Below, piece after piece: positions 63,901 to 64,000 of a stretch of 64,000 nucleotides of DNA. Source of the stretch: Eledone cirrhosa (Eukaryota); the NCBI GenBank assembly GCA_964016885.1, contig OZ024745.1, forward strand, positions 93,124,001 to 93,188,000, in the 5' to 3' direction. The notes beneath the pieces were generated by a model. That model worked only from the letters and a program-made list of their open reading frames with translations. It was not told the origin of the DNA and did not search any database. Both the position numbers and the translations under genes were made by a program. The stretch's first letter is position 1, and every line of letters begins with the position of its first letter.

Positions 63901-64000
63901 TATGATCTGGATGATCCGATGCAGTTTGACCATGTCCACATTGGTAAATTCAGGAAATCCAGACGGTACCTGTCAGACAGTTGAAACCGTCTGAGTAGGT
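60933..64000 (-). mobile_element. Tx1/L1-clade LINE copy B (ORF2 3' part; runs off the window)
   Basis: ORF pieces 63941-63303, 63254-62199, 62192-61842, 61757-61473 and 61540-61256 are homologous to copy A; the 3' UTR ends ccttgtggttAATAAAgaaagc at ~60933. Confidence 0.92.

Overview
AT-rich, repeat-dense animal genomic DNA; the SINE/LINE repertoire looks cephalopod (Octopus-like), which is my inference. The only host gene I can support is the 5' part of a protein disulfide-isomerase (P4HB/PDIA1-like) on the minus strand: coding exons 18184-18037, 11874-11680 (WCGHC) and 6341-6208, with a perfect ERSE in the promoter; the remaining exons probably lie beyond position 1. The rest is mobile DNA: RTE-clade LINEs of two subfamilies, a defective Ty3/Gypsy element with LTRs, tRNA-Trp PBS and PPT, an internally deleted LTR element, two tandem Tx1/L1-clade LINEs, two Penelope-like (GIY-YIG) fragments, tRNA-derived SINEs, TTAA MITEs and retroposon-derived tandem arrays (15 bp x ~176 and 64 bp x ~21). 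The most notable signal is absent from the ORF track: small non-coding, fold-back elements sitting in (TA)n runs that carry type I hammerhead ribozyme folds. One, at 51379-51471, appears intact and has the rare U3-A8 core (UUGAUAA) with a palindromic stem III; further decayed copies lie downstream of the Penelope fragments. Also notable: PDI exon 3 is bracketed by ~3.2 kb inverted RTE copies, and a ~170-bp non-transposon segment is duplicated near-identically 14.6 kb apart. All structures were read by eye and not computed.
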